From: Spirochaetia bacterium
Lineage (GTDB): Bacteria > Spirochaetota > Spirochaetia > CAKZLE01
Direction: 5' to 3'
Length of the DNA: 64,000 bases
NCBI GenBank assembly: GCA_963677595.1
Contig: OY782041.1
Coordinates: 1,696,001 to 1,760,000 of the forward strand
Shown here: piece by piece, positions 28,750 to 39,368 of the stretch
Layout of the letters: the number at the start of each line of letters is the position of its first letter
Numbering within the stretch: the first letter of the stretch is position 1
The notes under the pieces: model-generated
What the model saw: the letters and a program-made list of their open reading frames with translations, nothing else
Databases searched by the model: none
What the model was told of the DNA's origin: nothing
Made by a program: the position numbers and the translations under genes

Positions 28750-28936
28750 GACCTCCTCCTTCAAGAGACAGGACTCTTTACTATTCCCCGCACTGAACAA
28801 TTTACCAATGGAAAGGGAAGACCACAGTAATGTTACGGTTGCCGCTCTCTCTTATGAGTGTTAGTATAACATTATTCCCTGTGTAATGGGGAAAAACCCT
28901 GATTGGCCTACCGGTTGCTGCAGGAAGGACATACCT

Positions 28937-29626
28937 ATGGTTACTATGATCCTGTTGATCCTGATCTTCTTCTTTTTGAGTCTAAGCGGGAGTGTGCTGT
29001 GGTTCTCGATCATGCTCAGTATCACGATCATGATCCCCTTTTTCAGGTTGGCAATCAGGTCCCATAGGTCAAGGAAGAACCCATTCTCCTCAAGAAAGAG
29101 GAGAAGCTATCGAAAACCGAAATCTCCTGCCTCCCCCGGCAGGAAGATAGTGACCCCTGCGGCAAAAGGAGTTGATCCAGCATCGATCGTTATTCCAGCC
29201 CTCCATGCATTGGAAGGTGCTGTTGACAGACACCATGATGCGGACCTGCCGCTGCAGGCTGGCAACAGGGCTCCGTATACCCATTCCCAGGATGCTTTGT
29301 CTCAACGGTTGGTCAAGGCTGAAGAAGCACAGAGGCGGTTAGCGGCCTGTACAAGGATCCTGCCTGTCTCGGCACATGAAGCTGTTAATCCTTCGCAGGG
29401 GGAACGGTATCATGCGGATCAGGTCGAGGTAACAAGGATACTGGCATACTATGGGGGCAGCCACCATGTGCTCTCAGAAGAGTTCAAAGACAGCATAGAA
29501 TACATGAGGGCCACGATACCCCAGATTACAACCGGCAGTGACTATGAGGATCGGGATGACTACAAGCGGTTCGAGCAGATGGAAGAGGCGGTTGGGAGAC
29601 TGCTGGGAATCCATGATGCATGGTAG
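28937..29626 (+). CDS. Hypothetical membrane-anchored protein
   Basis: Hydrophobic N-terminus, basic linker, soluble C-terminus. RBS AAGGA. Family not recognised. Confidence 0.55.
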   Translation: MVTMILLILIFFFLSLSGSVLWFSIMLSITIMIPFFRLAIRSHRSRKNPFSSRKRRSYRKPKSPASPGRKIVTPAAKGVDPASIVIPALHALEGAVDRHHDADLPLQAGNRAPYTHSQDALSQRLVKAEEAQRRLAACTRILPVSAHEAVNPSQGERYHADQVEVTRILAYYGGSHHVLSEEFKDSIEYMRATIPQITTGSDYEDRDDYKRFEQMEEAVGRLLGIHDAW

Positions 29627-29703
29627 GGCCCTGTACAGAACCTCTGTACGACAGTATAATTAGCATATGTAATAAAACAAGATCTCTAAAAGGGAGTTCA
29701 TGT

Positions 29704-30639
29704 ATGTATGCACACCTATTCGGTCCGGTGCCTTCAAGGCGGCTGGGTATGTCCCTGGGAGTCGATCTCGTACCCAGGAAGACCTGTTCCCTGGACTGCG
29801 TCTACTGCGAGGTAGGTGAGACGACTGCCTTAACCGTGGAGAGGAAGGAGTATGTTCCCTTCGAGGAGGTTCGCCACGAGCTCTCCTCCTATTTCAGCAG
29901 TACTGCTGTACTCCCTGATTTTATCACGTTCTCAGGCTCCGGTGAACCGACGCTCAACAGTTCGTTAGGCAGGATCATCTCATTCATCAGGGAGATACAG
30001 CCCGGGATCCCCCTGGCTGTCCTCACCAACGGGACCCTGCTCTCTGACCGGGAGGTACGGACAGAGCTCCTCGATACCGATGTGGTGCTGCCCTCATTGG
30101 ATGCCGTCACACAGGATGTGTTCGAAGCCGTGAACCGGCCAGAATGCTCACTCGATGTCGAACGGCATTTACAGGGACTGGTAGAATTCAGGAAGGAGTA
30201 TGCAGGCAGGATCTTCCTGGAAGTCTTCATCCTCCCCGGCTGGAATGACAGGTTAGAGCATATCATGCGAATGAAGGATGCGATCAGGAGCATCAAGCCT
30301 GACAAGGTGCAGCTCAATACGCTGGACAGGCCCGGAGCCCTCCGGGACCTGCGTGCTGCAACAAAAGAGGAACTGGAAGGAATCATCACCCTGCTCGATT
30401 ACCCGGGAACGGAGATCATCGCTGATGTCGGGGAGCGGAAGGACCTGGTCTCCTACCGAGAGGATGCCGAGTCGGCAATCCTGGGGACCATAGCCAGGAG
30501 GCCCTGTACGGTCGATGACCTCACGAAGATCCTGGGGATGCATGTGAACGAGATCAACAAGTACCTGGATGTCCTGGAGTCCGACGGCCGCATCGAGGTC
30601 GTGCGGCAGGAGAGGGGATACTTCTACCGGACAACCTGA
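29704..30639 (+). CDS. Radical SAM protein (COG0731-like) with C-terminal wHTH
   Basis: FGPVPSRRLGMSLGVDL, CSLDCVYC, TFSGSGEPTL, LNTLDRP. Confidence 0.88.
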   Translation: MYAHLFGPVPSRRLGMSLGVDLVPRKTCSLDCVYCEVGETTALTVERKEYVPFEEVRHELSSYFSSTAVLPDFITFSGSGEPTLNSSLGRIISFIREIQPGIPLAVLTNGTLLSDREVRTELLDTDVVLPSLDAVTQDVFEAVNRPECSLDVERHLQGLVEFRKEYAGRIFLEVFILPGWNDRLEHIMRMKDAIRSIKPDKVQLNTLDRPGALRDLRAATKEELEGIITLLDYPGTEIIADVGERKDLVSYREDAESAILGTIARRPCTVDDLTKILGMHVNEINKYLDVLESDGRIEVVRQERGYFYRTT

Positions 30640-30678
30640 GATGCAGGCCCCTACTGAGGAGAAAAATTATTTTTATAT

Positions 30679-30732
30679 TTGACAAGTGGGAAAAACCAGT
30701 GTATCCTGATTCAGGATATGGAAACGATTCCA
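30679..30732 (+). promoter_or_regulatory. Promoter plus LacI-type operator of the LacI gene
   Basis: TTGACA-17-TATCCT, then ATATGGAAACGATTCCA (30716-30732), identical to the site at 31786. Confidence 0.75.
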
Positions 30733-30753
30733 CAAAAAGGATATTGTCACTAG

Positions 30754-31764
30754 ATGAAACCAACTATAAAAGATGTTGCAAAAAAAGCAGGCGTCTCAAT
30801 AAGTACCGCAAGTAGAGTTCTGAACCAAAGTGGGTATGCTTCAGAAATAACACGGAAGAAAGTGTTAGATGCTGCAAGTGAAGTTTCATTTAATGCTAAT
30901 TATTTTGCGCGAGGATTAAAGGGGAAGAACCCTGGTATTATAGGGCTTATTAATAAAGATCAATTGCATCCCTTCTTTTCTATCGTTTCGCATGGAATTG
31001 AACAGGAAGCAAGGTTGCATGATCTAGGTGTCATGTCTGTATGTTCAGAAGCAAACAGCAAAATCGAGAGAACATGCATAGATATGTTATTAGACCGGAA
31101 TGTTAATCAAATGATATTTGCAACAGTAACAGATATAGAGAATATTACCTATGCACAGAATCTAGGAGTTCATTGCATATTGATTGAACGTGATCTCGGT
31201 TATTCTAATGCTGATCGAGTACTCTACAACAATCTTGGAGCTGGTGAATTAATAGCTAATATCTTTTATGAGAAGCAATACTCACGTATCGGTTTCGTGG
31301 GAATGGACACTCAGATTGGCAGCATAGAACATGATAGATATTTGGGATTCAAAGAACGGTTAAAGAATCTTGGAATTCCATTATCCGAAGATTGGGATGC
31401 CCATAATTGTTCCTTTTACAGTGCTGAAGCCGGATATACTGCTTGTGAAGGCATTTTAAATAGCAAGGTGGGAGGCTTACCGGAAGCTCTCATGGTGGGT
31501 AGTGATTTCTTGTTAGTTGGTGTTCTTGACTACTTATCTGATCATGGGATATCAGTCCCTGAAGATATATCTCTTATTTCTGCTGATAATTTTTATACTG
31601 AGATTATGCAGCCAAGGATAGATAGCATTGATTATTCTCTTTCAGAACTTGGGAAAGAGGCTATAGGGTTAGTTGAACAAAGGGCTGCATCTTCTGGAAG
31701 TACATCAGTCTTCCGAACGGTAGTTATTAATCCAAGTTATGTTGAAAGATCTTCATTACGATAA
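30754..31764 (+). CDS. LacI-family transcriptional regulator
   Basis: TIKDVAKKAGVSISTASRVLN, ARGL hinge, VPEDIS. Confidence 0.93.
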   Translation: MKPTIKDVAKKAGVSISTASRVLNQSGYASEITRKKVLDAASEVSFNANYFARGLKGKNPGIIGLINKDQLHPFFSIVSHGIEQEARLHDLGVMSVCSEANSKIERTCIDMLLDRNVNQMIFATVTDIENITYAQNLGVHCILIERDLGYSNADRVLYNNLGAGELIANIFYEKQYSRIGFVGMDTQIGSIEHDRYLGFKERLKNLGIPLSEDWDAHNCSFYSAEAGYTACEGILNSKVGGLPEALMVGSDFLLVGVLDYLSDHGISVPEDISLISADNFYTEIMQPRIDSIDYSLSELGKEAIGLVEQRAASSGSTSVFRTVVINPSYVERSSLR

Positions 31765-31784
31765 TGAAGAAAAATATTAGTTAT

Positions 31785-31806
31785 AATATGGAAACGATTC
31801 CATATT
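31785..31806. promoter_or_regulatory. LacI-type operator upstream of ABC cluster 3
   Basis: Imperfect palindrome AATATGGAAACGATTCCATATT with central CG, overlapping a TATAAT. Confidence 0.78.
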
Positions 31807-31830
31807 TTATAGATTCTAAGGAGGAAAAGA

Positions 31831-33123
31831 ATGAAGAAATGTGTATCTATTTTTCTACTGCTGGCGATTACTACAATGGTTTTTGCTGGTGGTGCGCAGG
31901 AAACACAAGAAAAATCAGTTACGTTCTGGATGCAAGCGTACGGAGATCGTGCTGAGCAGGTAGCTGCAATGGATACTATTGCAGAAAATTTCAAAGCTGA
32001 AACGGGGATCAATCTCGATTATGAGATTATTGACTGGAGTAATGCTATGAATAAGTATTCATTGGCTATGAAAGGTGGAGAAGCCCCCGATGTGGCTGAA
32101 TGGTTCTTTCTCACTTCCTTTGCTGAAATGGGTGGTGATGAATTCGGTCCTCTCCTGATAAATGATCTGGCTGATGAAGTAGGTGCAGATGAGCTATATT
32201 ATGATGCTGCAAATCTGGAATGTAAGATCAATGGTGATTTTTATGCATTACCATGGAGAATGGATGTACGGATTATGGCATATCGGAAAGATATGCTCGA
32301 GCAGGCTGGCATCACAGAAGTACCAACAACATGGAAAGAGCTTGTTGATGTAGCAAAGACATTAACTGTGAAAGATGCTAATGGTAATATCGAGGTAAGT
32401 GGAGCAGCGTATTATATAACGAGAGGAGACTTCTTTCAGTCTGCAATGGCCACTATGGCCCAGAATGGCACATCATGCATTGATATTCAGGGCACTGAAT
32501 CATTAATCAATGATCCAGCCGCAGTAGAAGCTCTTCAGTTTATGCAGGATCTGGTTCTCAAGTATAATGTGATGAGTCCTTCACATGCATCTGCTACAGT
32601 AGATACGATGCAGGAATTCCTTGCTGGAAGGATAGCAATACTCTTGGGCGCAAACCCTGATGCCATCAAGATGCAGCAGGCTAGCGCTCCTCAGCTTGAT
32701 GGAAAAGTCATCGGGGCTAGGCTCCCTTCAAAGACTGGAGGAGATTCTGTTTCAAGTATTATGTATGCTGCGCCAGTGAGTATCATGAAAACTACAGAAG
32801 ATGTTGAATCTGCAAAAACATTCCTGAAGTTCTTTATGCGTGATGAAAACCAGTTGCTTATAAGTAAAGCTACAGGGCTCATCAATGCTAATAAGCGTGT
32901 TATGGCTGATACATATTTCGACGCACAGTGGTATCAGGCTTTAGCAGATCAGGCAGACTATGCTCTCAATGGGGATATCCCTGTTCCTTTCTGGAGCAAA
33001 ATCTCAGCTTTCCCGCAGGGACCTGTTGCAAATGCTGTAAATATGATTCTTGCTGGTGAAGATGTACAGACGGAGTTGGATAATGCCGATAAAGAGATTG
33101 AACTCATCATCTCTGAAAATTGA
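31831..33123 (+). CDS. Carbohydrate ABC transporter substrate-binding protein
   Basis: Leader ending FAGGAQE, YALPW, YRKDML..AGI..VPTTWKEL. Confidence 0.9.
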   Translation: MKKCVSIFLLLAITTMVFAGGAQETQEKSVTFWMQAYGDRAEQVAAMDTIAENFKAETGINLDYEIIDWSNAMNKYSLAMKGGEAPDVAEWFFLTSFAEMGGDEFGPLLINDLADEVGADELYYDAANLECKINGDFYALPWRMDVRIMAYRKDMLEQAGITEVPTTWKELVDVAKTLTVKDANGNIEVSGAAYYITRGDFFQSAMATMAQNGTSCIDIQGTESLINDPAAVEALQFMQDLVLKYNVMSPSHASATVDTMQEFLAGRIAILLGANPDAIKMQQASAPQLDGKVIGARLPSKTGGDSVSSIMYAAPVSIMKTTEDVESAKTFLKFFMRDENQLLISKATGLINANKRVMADTYFDAQWYQALADQADYALNGDIPVPFWSKISAFPQGPVANAVNMILAGEDVQTELDNADKEIELIISEN

Positions 33124-33136
33124 TAAGACTTGATAA

Positions 33137-33163
33137 AGCTGCCTGCTTAGTAGGCAGGCAGCT
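33137..33163 (+). terminator. Stem-loop after the SBP gene
   Basis: AGCTGCCTGC...GCAGGCAGCT. Confidence 0.55.
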
Positions 33164-33221
33164 ATTGCAATTAACAAAAATGATACTATGTTTATGTAAT
33201 CAATAAGAAACTGGATATATA

Positions 33222-34142
33222 ATGAACATCAAGAAAAAAAATAATAGTCAGATGCAAGATTTTGTGACACCTTACGTCATGTTGATCCCGGGTATTCTAG
33301 GAATATTGTTTGTAAATATTATTCCTAGTACCAGGGCTATTATCATGGGGTTTTTTTCTAATAGCTTCACTTCAAAAAGTGCTTTTGTTGGTCTACAGAA
33401 GTTTTCACGAATACTTGGGTTGCAAGAATTCTGGCAGGTGTTGGGGAATACGTTCTTTTGGTCCTTAGCCACACTTGTTTTCGCTACAATATTAGGAATT
33501 TTCGCTGCATCCCTGATCAATAGACCTTATCCAGGTAGAGGGTTTTTCCGTACAGTATTTCTTATTCCTTGGGTAACCCCCCCAGTCGTGGCTTCAATGG
33601 TTTGGAAAACCCTCTTTAATGAAACTTTAAGTCCAATTAATGACCTGCTGCTGCGGTTGGGAATAATAGATAACTCAATCGGGTTTTTGAGTAATCCTTC
33701 TTGGCAGATAGGTCCATTGTCCGTTCCAATGATATCGTTGTTAGTAGTAAACATCTGGAATGTCTTCCCCTTTATGATGATCATGGTGCTTGCTGCAATG
33801 CAAAGCATTGATGCGTCATGTTACGAAGCTGCAACCATAGATGGGGCTGGGAGAGTAAGGCAGTTCTTCAGTATCACTATACCATTGATCATGCCGGTTC
33901 TATCCATCTCATTATTACTGCAGGGTATATGGCAGTTTAACAGTTTCAATTTTAATTATTTAGTTGCTTACGGTGGCCCTCTGAACACAACAAAAACTAT
34001 GGCAGTCATGATTTATCAGAAAGCTTTTGCAGAATTTGACTACGGCCAGGCTGGAGCTATCAGTGCAATGATGCTCAGCTGTGTTGTAATTCCTGCAGCT
34101 TTTTACATCAAACGACAAATGCAGATTATTGATAAAAGGTAA
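33222..34142 (+). CDS. Carbohydrate ABC transporter permease
   Basis: YEAATIDGAG, TM segments. Confidence 0.9.
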   Translation: MNIKKKNNSQMQDFVTPYVMLIPGILGILFVNIIPSTRAIIMGFFSNSFTSKSAFVGLQKFSRILGLQEFWQVLGNTFFWSLATLVFATILGIFAASLINRPYPGRGFFRTVFLIPWVTPPVVASMVWKTLFNETLSPINDLLLRLGIIDNSIGFLSNPSWQIGPLSVPMISLLVVNIWNVFPFMMIMVLAAMQSIDASCYEAATIDGAGRVRQFFSITIPLIMPVLSISLLLQGIWQFNSFNFNYLVAYGGPLNTTKTMAVMIYQKAFAEFDYGQAGAISAMMLSCVVIPAAFYIKRQMQIIDKR

Positions 34143-34148
34143 GGAATA

Positions 34149-35015
34149 ATGAAACTGATTACTACTAAACAAAAGCTGAAGATATCACGCTCCATCCATT
34201 ATATATTGCATTACTTTGCATTGCTCCTTATATTCACTTTTGCGATCTTCCCGTATTTCTGGATGCTAATGACCTCATTGAAGCCAAGAGAATTACTGCT
34301 TGCTACTCCCCCCGTCTGGATCCCAAGTAAATTTGATCTAGTACATTATATCGATGTATTCACAAGAATGCCTTTCTTCACATATGTGAAAAACAGTCTC
34401 TATGTAGCATCTGTGACGACATTCTTCTGTATATTGATAGCCTGTCTCAGTGGATACAGCATCAGTCGATATAGTTTCAAAGGAAGGAAATTCACCTTCG
34501 GGTTGTTCATAGCCACCCAGCTGGTTCCGGGAGTACTGCCTCTTGTGCCTTTCTATTTCATGTTATATGCATTGCATTTAACTAACTCCTACTCAGGAAT
34601 CATTCTCTCCTATACGACTTGGGGCATCGCATTCTGCACCATGATGCTACAAGGATATTTCAAGACTGCATATAGTATTGAGATCGAGGAAAGTGCGACC
34701 ATAGATGGCTGCAGCCGTTGGGGGATCTTCTTCCGTATCGCATTACCGCTTGCTAGGCCAGGAATAGTGGCCACCGGAATATTCTCATTCCTGCTGGCAT
34801 GGAATGATTATATTTGGGCAAGTATTATAAATACAAAAGGAGAGTATCGTCTCCTGTCAAATGGTGTACAGGATTTCCAAGCCCAATTTGGGAACTTATA
34901 TATGGGAAGGACAATGGCCACGGGGTTATTAGCGACAATTCCTGCGTTGATCCTGTTCTCATTTGCCCAAAAGCACTTAGTATCCGGCCTTTCACAAGGC
35001 GCTGTGAAAGGGTAG
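34149..35015 (+). CDS. Carbohydrate ABC transporter permease
   Basis: EESATIDG, AWNDY, C-terminal GAVKG. Confidence 0.9.
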   Translation: MKLITTKQKLKISRSIHYILHYFALLLIFTFAIFPYFWMLMTSLKPRELLLATPPVWIPSKFDLVHYIDVFTRMPFFTYVKNSLYVASVTTFFCILIACLSGYSISRYSFKGRKFTFGLFIATQLVPGVLPLVPFYFMLYALHLTNSYSGIILSYTTWGIAFCTMMLQGYFKTAYSIEIEESATIDGCSRWGIFFRIALPLARPGIVATGIFSFLLAWNDYIWASIINTKGEYRLLSNGVQDFQAQFGNLYMGRTMATGLLATIPALILFSFAQKHLVSGLSQGAVKG

Positions 35016-35053
35016 AACCAACAATAACTATAAGATAAAGGAGCAGATCACAT

Positions 35054-35830
35054 ATGAACTATAGTGTATGCATTGATGCGTTATTTTTTGAGAGTAGTGT
35101 TCCTATCAAACAGCAAATTCAGACTGTTAAAGAACAAGGGTTTTCCTCCATAGAATTCTGGACATGGTGGGATAAAGATATATCTGCATTGAAATCTGCA
35201 TGTCTGGAGCAGGGAATATCGGTACAGTGCTTTTGCACAAGATTCATATCCCTTCTTGATAAGGAAGAGGAAAGTGCCTATCTTGAGGGATTCAAGGAAA
35301 CCCTCTCTTTAGCCAAAGACCTTTCTTGTTCGAAGATAATCACCCAGGTGGGAAATACGCTCCCGAATGTCCCGCGAGATATTCAATTACAACAAGCTGT
35401 ATCGACTTTAAAGAAAGCCGGTGATATGGCATCAGTTGCCGGTTGTACACTGTTGGTTGAACCGTTAAATATCCGAGTTGATCATAAGGGATATTTTCTC
35501 TCGACAACGGATGATGCAATAGAACTTATGAAGCTGGTTGATCATGATAATGTGAAACTCCTATTTGATATTTACCATCAACAGATCACAGAAGGAGATA
35601 TATTAAGACATATTCAGGAAAGTGCTGAATATATTGGTCACTTACATATCGCAGATAATCCCGGAAGGGACCGACCTGGGAGCGGAGAGATCAATTATAC
35701 CTTCTTGATCCCAGAACTCTACAAGGTAGTGGCCTCAGATGTGTATATGGGGCTTGAATACTTTACGCAAATTCCCGTTGAAGATAGTTTATCTCTTACA
35801 GCAGCTTTCTTACCAGGAGTGGATAAATGA
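35054..35830 (+). CDS. Hydroxypyruvate-isomerase-like TIM-barrel isomerase/epimerase
   Basis: IEFW, VEPLN..VDHKGY, LFDIYHQQITEG, HIADNPGR..PGSGEINY, GLEY. Confidence 0.85.
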   Translation: MNYSVCIDALFFESSVPIKQQIQTVKEQGFSSIEFWTWWDKDISALKSACLEQGISVQCFCTRFISLLDKEEESAYLEGFKETLSLAKDLSCSKIITQVGNTLPNVPRDIQLQQAVSTLKKAGDMASVAGCTLLVEPLNIRVDHKGYFLSTTDDAIELMKLVDHDNVKLLFDIYHQQITEGDILRHIQESAEYIGHLHIADNPGRDRPGSGEINYTFLIPELYKVVASDVYMGLEYFTQIPVEDSLSLTAAFLPGVDK

Positions 35831-36888
35831 GATATGCCTGCATCGGATCTGGTTGGATAAGCAAACTTAAACACTTGAAGCACTACTGTGATCAGGAACA
35901 TATTGAAGCTTTAGCGGTTGTTGATTCAAACCTTGAAGCTGCAAAGAAGACAGCAGAAGAGTTTGGTATACCTCATTGGTATTCGTCAGTGAATGATTGT
36001 CTAGATGAGATAAAACCTGAACTTATTAGTGTCTGTGTGCCAAATTTTCTTCACTACCCAATCGTGAAAGAGGCCCTTTCCCGTGGGATTCATGTACATT
36101 GTGAAAAACCCATGGCTAAAAATATCAGTGAAGCAAATGAGATCGCGCAATTAGCTGCAGCAAGTAGTGGGATCCTCTTTACGGGGATGAATAAAAGATA
36201 TGCTACTTTTGCAAAAGAGATGAAAAGTAAGATACAGGATTCTTCATTCGGTGACATCTATTCAATTGATATGACCTGGATAAGGAAACGTGGTATTCCT
36301 GGGAAAGGTGGCTGGTTTACCAATAAGGAACTTTCTGGCGGGGGGGTCTTGATCGATCTTGGAGTTCATTTGATTGACCTTGCCTTATATCTCACAGATT
36401 TTCCTGAAGTGACAGGTATCTTTGGTCAGGCAGATAGCTACTTTATGGATGAAGATGTGGAGCTCACTACATGGGCGCCCGCTCAGAACACGGCCCCATT
36501 GTCAATCGATGTGGAAGATACTTGTGTAATGATGTTTACCCTGAAGGGGAGGATATCGGTGACGATTCGACTAGGTTGGGCGGCAAACAGTATCGATACC
36601 GAGCAGGTCAGCATAGCATGTTATGGGACAAAAGCTGGGCTGTTTTATAACGAGGAAACTGGATTGGATTATTCCATCATTCAAAATGGGACTCCCCAAG
36701 TCTTAAAACTGCAAGGACCCGTTGACGGTGAAGATGAGTTCAATATGCAATGTGCCAATGAGATCCAGAATTGTCTTTCCTGTTGCCATTCAGGTCAATC
36801 ATTATCTTCGGCAGACCAAGCAGTTCAAGTAATGAAAATTATTGATTCAGTCTATACGTTATCAGAGAAAAGGAGTGATAAAATATGA
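35827..36888 (+). CDS. Gfo/Idh/MocA oxidoreductase (YcjS-like)
   Basis: IGSG Rossmann, CEKP, WFTNKELSGGGVLIDLGVH. Confidence 0.88.
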   Translation: MRYACIGSGWISKLKHLKHYCDQEHIEALAVVDSNLEAAKKTAEEFGIPHWYSSVNDCLDEIKPELISVCVPNFLHYPIVKEALSRGIHVHCEKPMAKNISEANEIAQLAAASSGILFTGMNKRYATFAKEMKSKIQDSSFGDIYSIDMTWIRKRGIPGKGGWFTNKELSGGGVLIDLGVHLIDLALYLTDFPEVTGIFGQADSYFMDEDVELTTWAPAQNTAPLSIDVEDTCVMMFTLKGRISVTIRLGWAANSIDTEQVSIACYGTKAGLFYNEETGLDYSIIQNGTPQVLKLQGPVDGEDEFNMQCANEIQNCLSCCHSGQSLSSADQAVQVMKIIDSVYTLSEKRSDKI

Positions 36889-37934
36889 ATATCGCCGTAT
36901 ATACAGCACCAAAGACTCTCGAGGTGAGGGAGCATGAAAGTATTGAAATTCTTGGAGAGAACCAGGTTCGGGTAAAGAGTTTATTCTCAGGAATCTCCCA
37001 TGGGACTGAAATGGGGGTGTATCGAGGCGTTGCTCCATTCTTCTCAAAGCAATATGATCCAGCAATACGTCTTTTTGTACCAGCAAATGCACAAGATACA
37101 TGGCAATATCCCATAAGGAGCTGTGACCCGGGTGTATGGTATCTGGGATACTCCGTATGTGGGGAAGTTATTGAGACTGGTGACAAGGTAACGACTTTAT
37201 CAGTTGGCGATAAGGTCTATATCAATGCCTCTCACCAAAGTGAACATTGTGTTGATGCAGATAAAGCAGTTAAGTTGCCAAACTCCTTGGATCCTCGGTA
37301 TGGAGTTTTCATTACAAACCTCATGACAGCTTTTAATGGTATTCTTGATAGTGATATAAAACTAGGAGATGTCGTTGTCATCATGGGACAAGGTGTCATC
37401 GGTCAGCTGACTGCTCAGTTAGCGAAGCTTTCAGGTGGTATTGTCTATGTTGTTGATACAATAGATAAACGTTTGGAGGCTTCAACGAAAATAGGTGCAG
37501 ATGAAACCTTCAACCCAATGACTCGTGATGATATTGCATCGGTGATTAGAGAGAAAACGTCTGGTCGTGGGGCTGATATAGTAATAGATGCTACAGGTTC
37601 TTCAAAAGCTTTACAGCAAGCTATTCGTATAGCAGCTCCAGAATCAAAAGTGATTGCTCTTTCTTGGTATCAAGGAGATTCAGTAATCAATTTTGCAGAT
37701 GAGTTTCACCATAATCGCATTACAATCCGATGTTCCCAAGCTAACTTTACTAGACCTGATTTTGCACATATTTGGACTTTTGAACGAAAGTTAGAATTTT
37801 GTACTTCATTACTTTCTAAACTCGATTTAGAAACATTAATTACAAATGAATATCCATTTGAACAGATTCAGACTGCATATGAAAAGATTGATACGCATCC
37901 TGAAGAGATAATACAGTGTGTTCTGAGTTATTAG
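36885..37934 (+). CDS. MDR-family dehydrogenase (YcjQ-like)
   Basis: SGISHGTE, LGYSVCGEV, GQGVIG, GADIVIDATG, EFHHNR. Confidence 0.82.
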   Translation: MNIAVYTAPKTLEVREHESIEILGENQVRVKSLFSGISHGTEMGVYRGVAPFFSKQYDPAIRLFVPANAQDTWQYPIRSCDPGVWYLGYSVCGEVIETGDKVTTLSVGDKVYINASHQSEHCVDADKAVKLPNSLDPRYGVFITNLMTAFNGILDSDIKLGDVVVIMGQGVIGQLTAQLAKLSGGIVYVVDTIDKRLEASTKIGADETFNPMTRDDIASVIREKTSGRGADIVIDATGSSKALQQAIRIAAPESKVIALSWYQGDSVINFADEFHHNRITIRCSQANFTRPDFAHIWTFERKLEFCTSLLSKLDLETLITNEYPFEQIQTAYEKIDTHPEEIIQCVLSY

Positions 37935-37993
37935 AATGAAGAAATCCACGGAATCTCTCCTTGAAGTGTAAATTCTGAGGGGATTATGACTTT

Positions 37994-38197
37994 TCAGGAA
38001 GATTCCATGATATCGAGGGAGTAGATGGTCTCGTGTATCGGGGTAGAAGCGTACTCATCGTTGAGCTCAAGGGTATCGATTCTTCTCAGCTCCCTGCCGA
38101 TACTCCGGGCATACTTGGTGAACGCACCAAGGCTCGCAAGGTTATCGGGTTCGATGGTCACCTGGATATGCTTTGCACCGAGCTTCGATGCCTGTGA
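37994..38197 (-). pseudogene. 3' fragment of an IS-interrupted EctA-like GNAT acetyltransferase
   Basis: SQASKLGAKHIQVTIEPDNLAS... continues in frame from the fragment at 42807-43088 across the TSD. Confidence 0.85.
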
Positions 38198-38419
38198 CCC
38201 ACATTCCTCACTTTCATGACGCACACATAGCAGGATTTTCCATTTCAGGAAAGGATTGAGACTACGAAGGGCTATTCATCCTTACCGATCCTCCACACGG
38301 CATAAAAATCGGCAAATCCGCCTGGTTGCTACCCCGTCTGAACAGACATGCTGATGATCAGGACAGTAACCAGCCTTCTCATAGGTTCTGAGGATCAGAC
38401 GCAGGTACACCTACGAAGT

Positions 38420-39101
38420 TCATGCATGCAGAGAGGTCAGGACACACCTCACCCCCTTGTCGTAGAATACGCGTTCATCAAGACCCAATGCAGACAGGAA
38501 GGCCAACTGACGGGAAGAGAGCGGATTTACCAGCACCGCTTCTGCTCCCATCTCTGCCGCCATGATACCGCCAAACACGGTACTCATCATGAATGAAGTC
38601 GGCTTTGCCGTCGGTTTGTTGTCCCAGCCTGGTACCGTAGTACCTTCCTTCTGGAGATACCGCCGCATCTGCCGCTCCATCAACCGCCAGACCATCAGGG
38701 CGATCACGAGAATCATCCCCAATGCATCTATGCGGGAAGGGGTTTTCAGAAACAGGTCATTGACTACCAGGGGATCCTTGAGGAATGAAAAATCACTCTC
38801 GATCCCATACTGGCCTTTGTACGTACGCAGTACCGATGCGGCATCAAGCGATGCAACAGCAACATTGGTAAGCAGCACAAAACATCCTGCCTGCTCTCTG
38901 AGCACCTGCAGCTTGTCCGACTTTTCGGTGATCTCCCAGTTCAACTCATACCGCAGATCTACAGGCGGCGGACCCTCCTTCGGGGGACGTCCACGACGCC
39001 GAACCGCCACTTCTTGGATCGTAACCGTTAACGAGTGCAGCGGGGAAGAGACCGCAGCGAGGTTGGCAGCAGCAACCTGCGCATCTTCGCTGCAGTAATA
39101 C
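38420..39101 (-). pseudogene. 3' fragment of the copy-2 IS1634 transposase
   Basis: Identical to the C-terminal part of 21029-22732. Confidence 0.9.
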
Positions 39102-39146
39102 CCTTAACTTCCTGACTTTTTATTACTCAAGGCCTGCATCGAGGCC

Positions 39147-39368
39147 TCAGCGGGTACCATCCTTGATGAATCGCATCACGTCTTCAAAACTCTTATCACT
39201 CTTGTTGAGCGCCTGGGCAAGTTCCTGCAGCTGAAGGTTCTTCTTCTCTTCGTACCATCGTTCCAGTTCAGTTACGGCAGCATCATACCGGTCTTTTGTT
39301 TGTTCCACTGCATCTTGGGCCTTCTTGATCTTTGCATCAACCGATGCCATCGTCCTTGTGCGTGCCAT
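39147..39368 (-). CDS. Small coiled-coil protein carried by the nested IS
   Basis: MARTRTMASVDAKIKKAQ... ATG overlaps the transposase stop (TGATG) and lies inside the IRs. Confidence 0.7.
   Translation of the reverse strand: MARTRTMASVDAKIKKAQDAVEQTKDRYDAAVTELERWYEEKKNLQLQELAQALNKSDKSFEDVMRFIKDGTR

Noticed and set aside
4005-35015. Missing ATPase subunit in all three sugar ABC clusters
   Set aside because: Ordinary: CUT1 transporters commonly share an MsmX/MalK-type ATPase encoded elsewhere.
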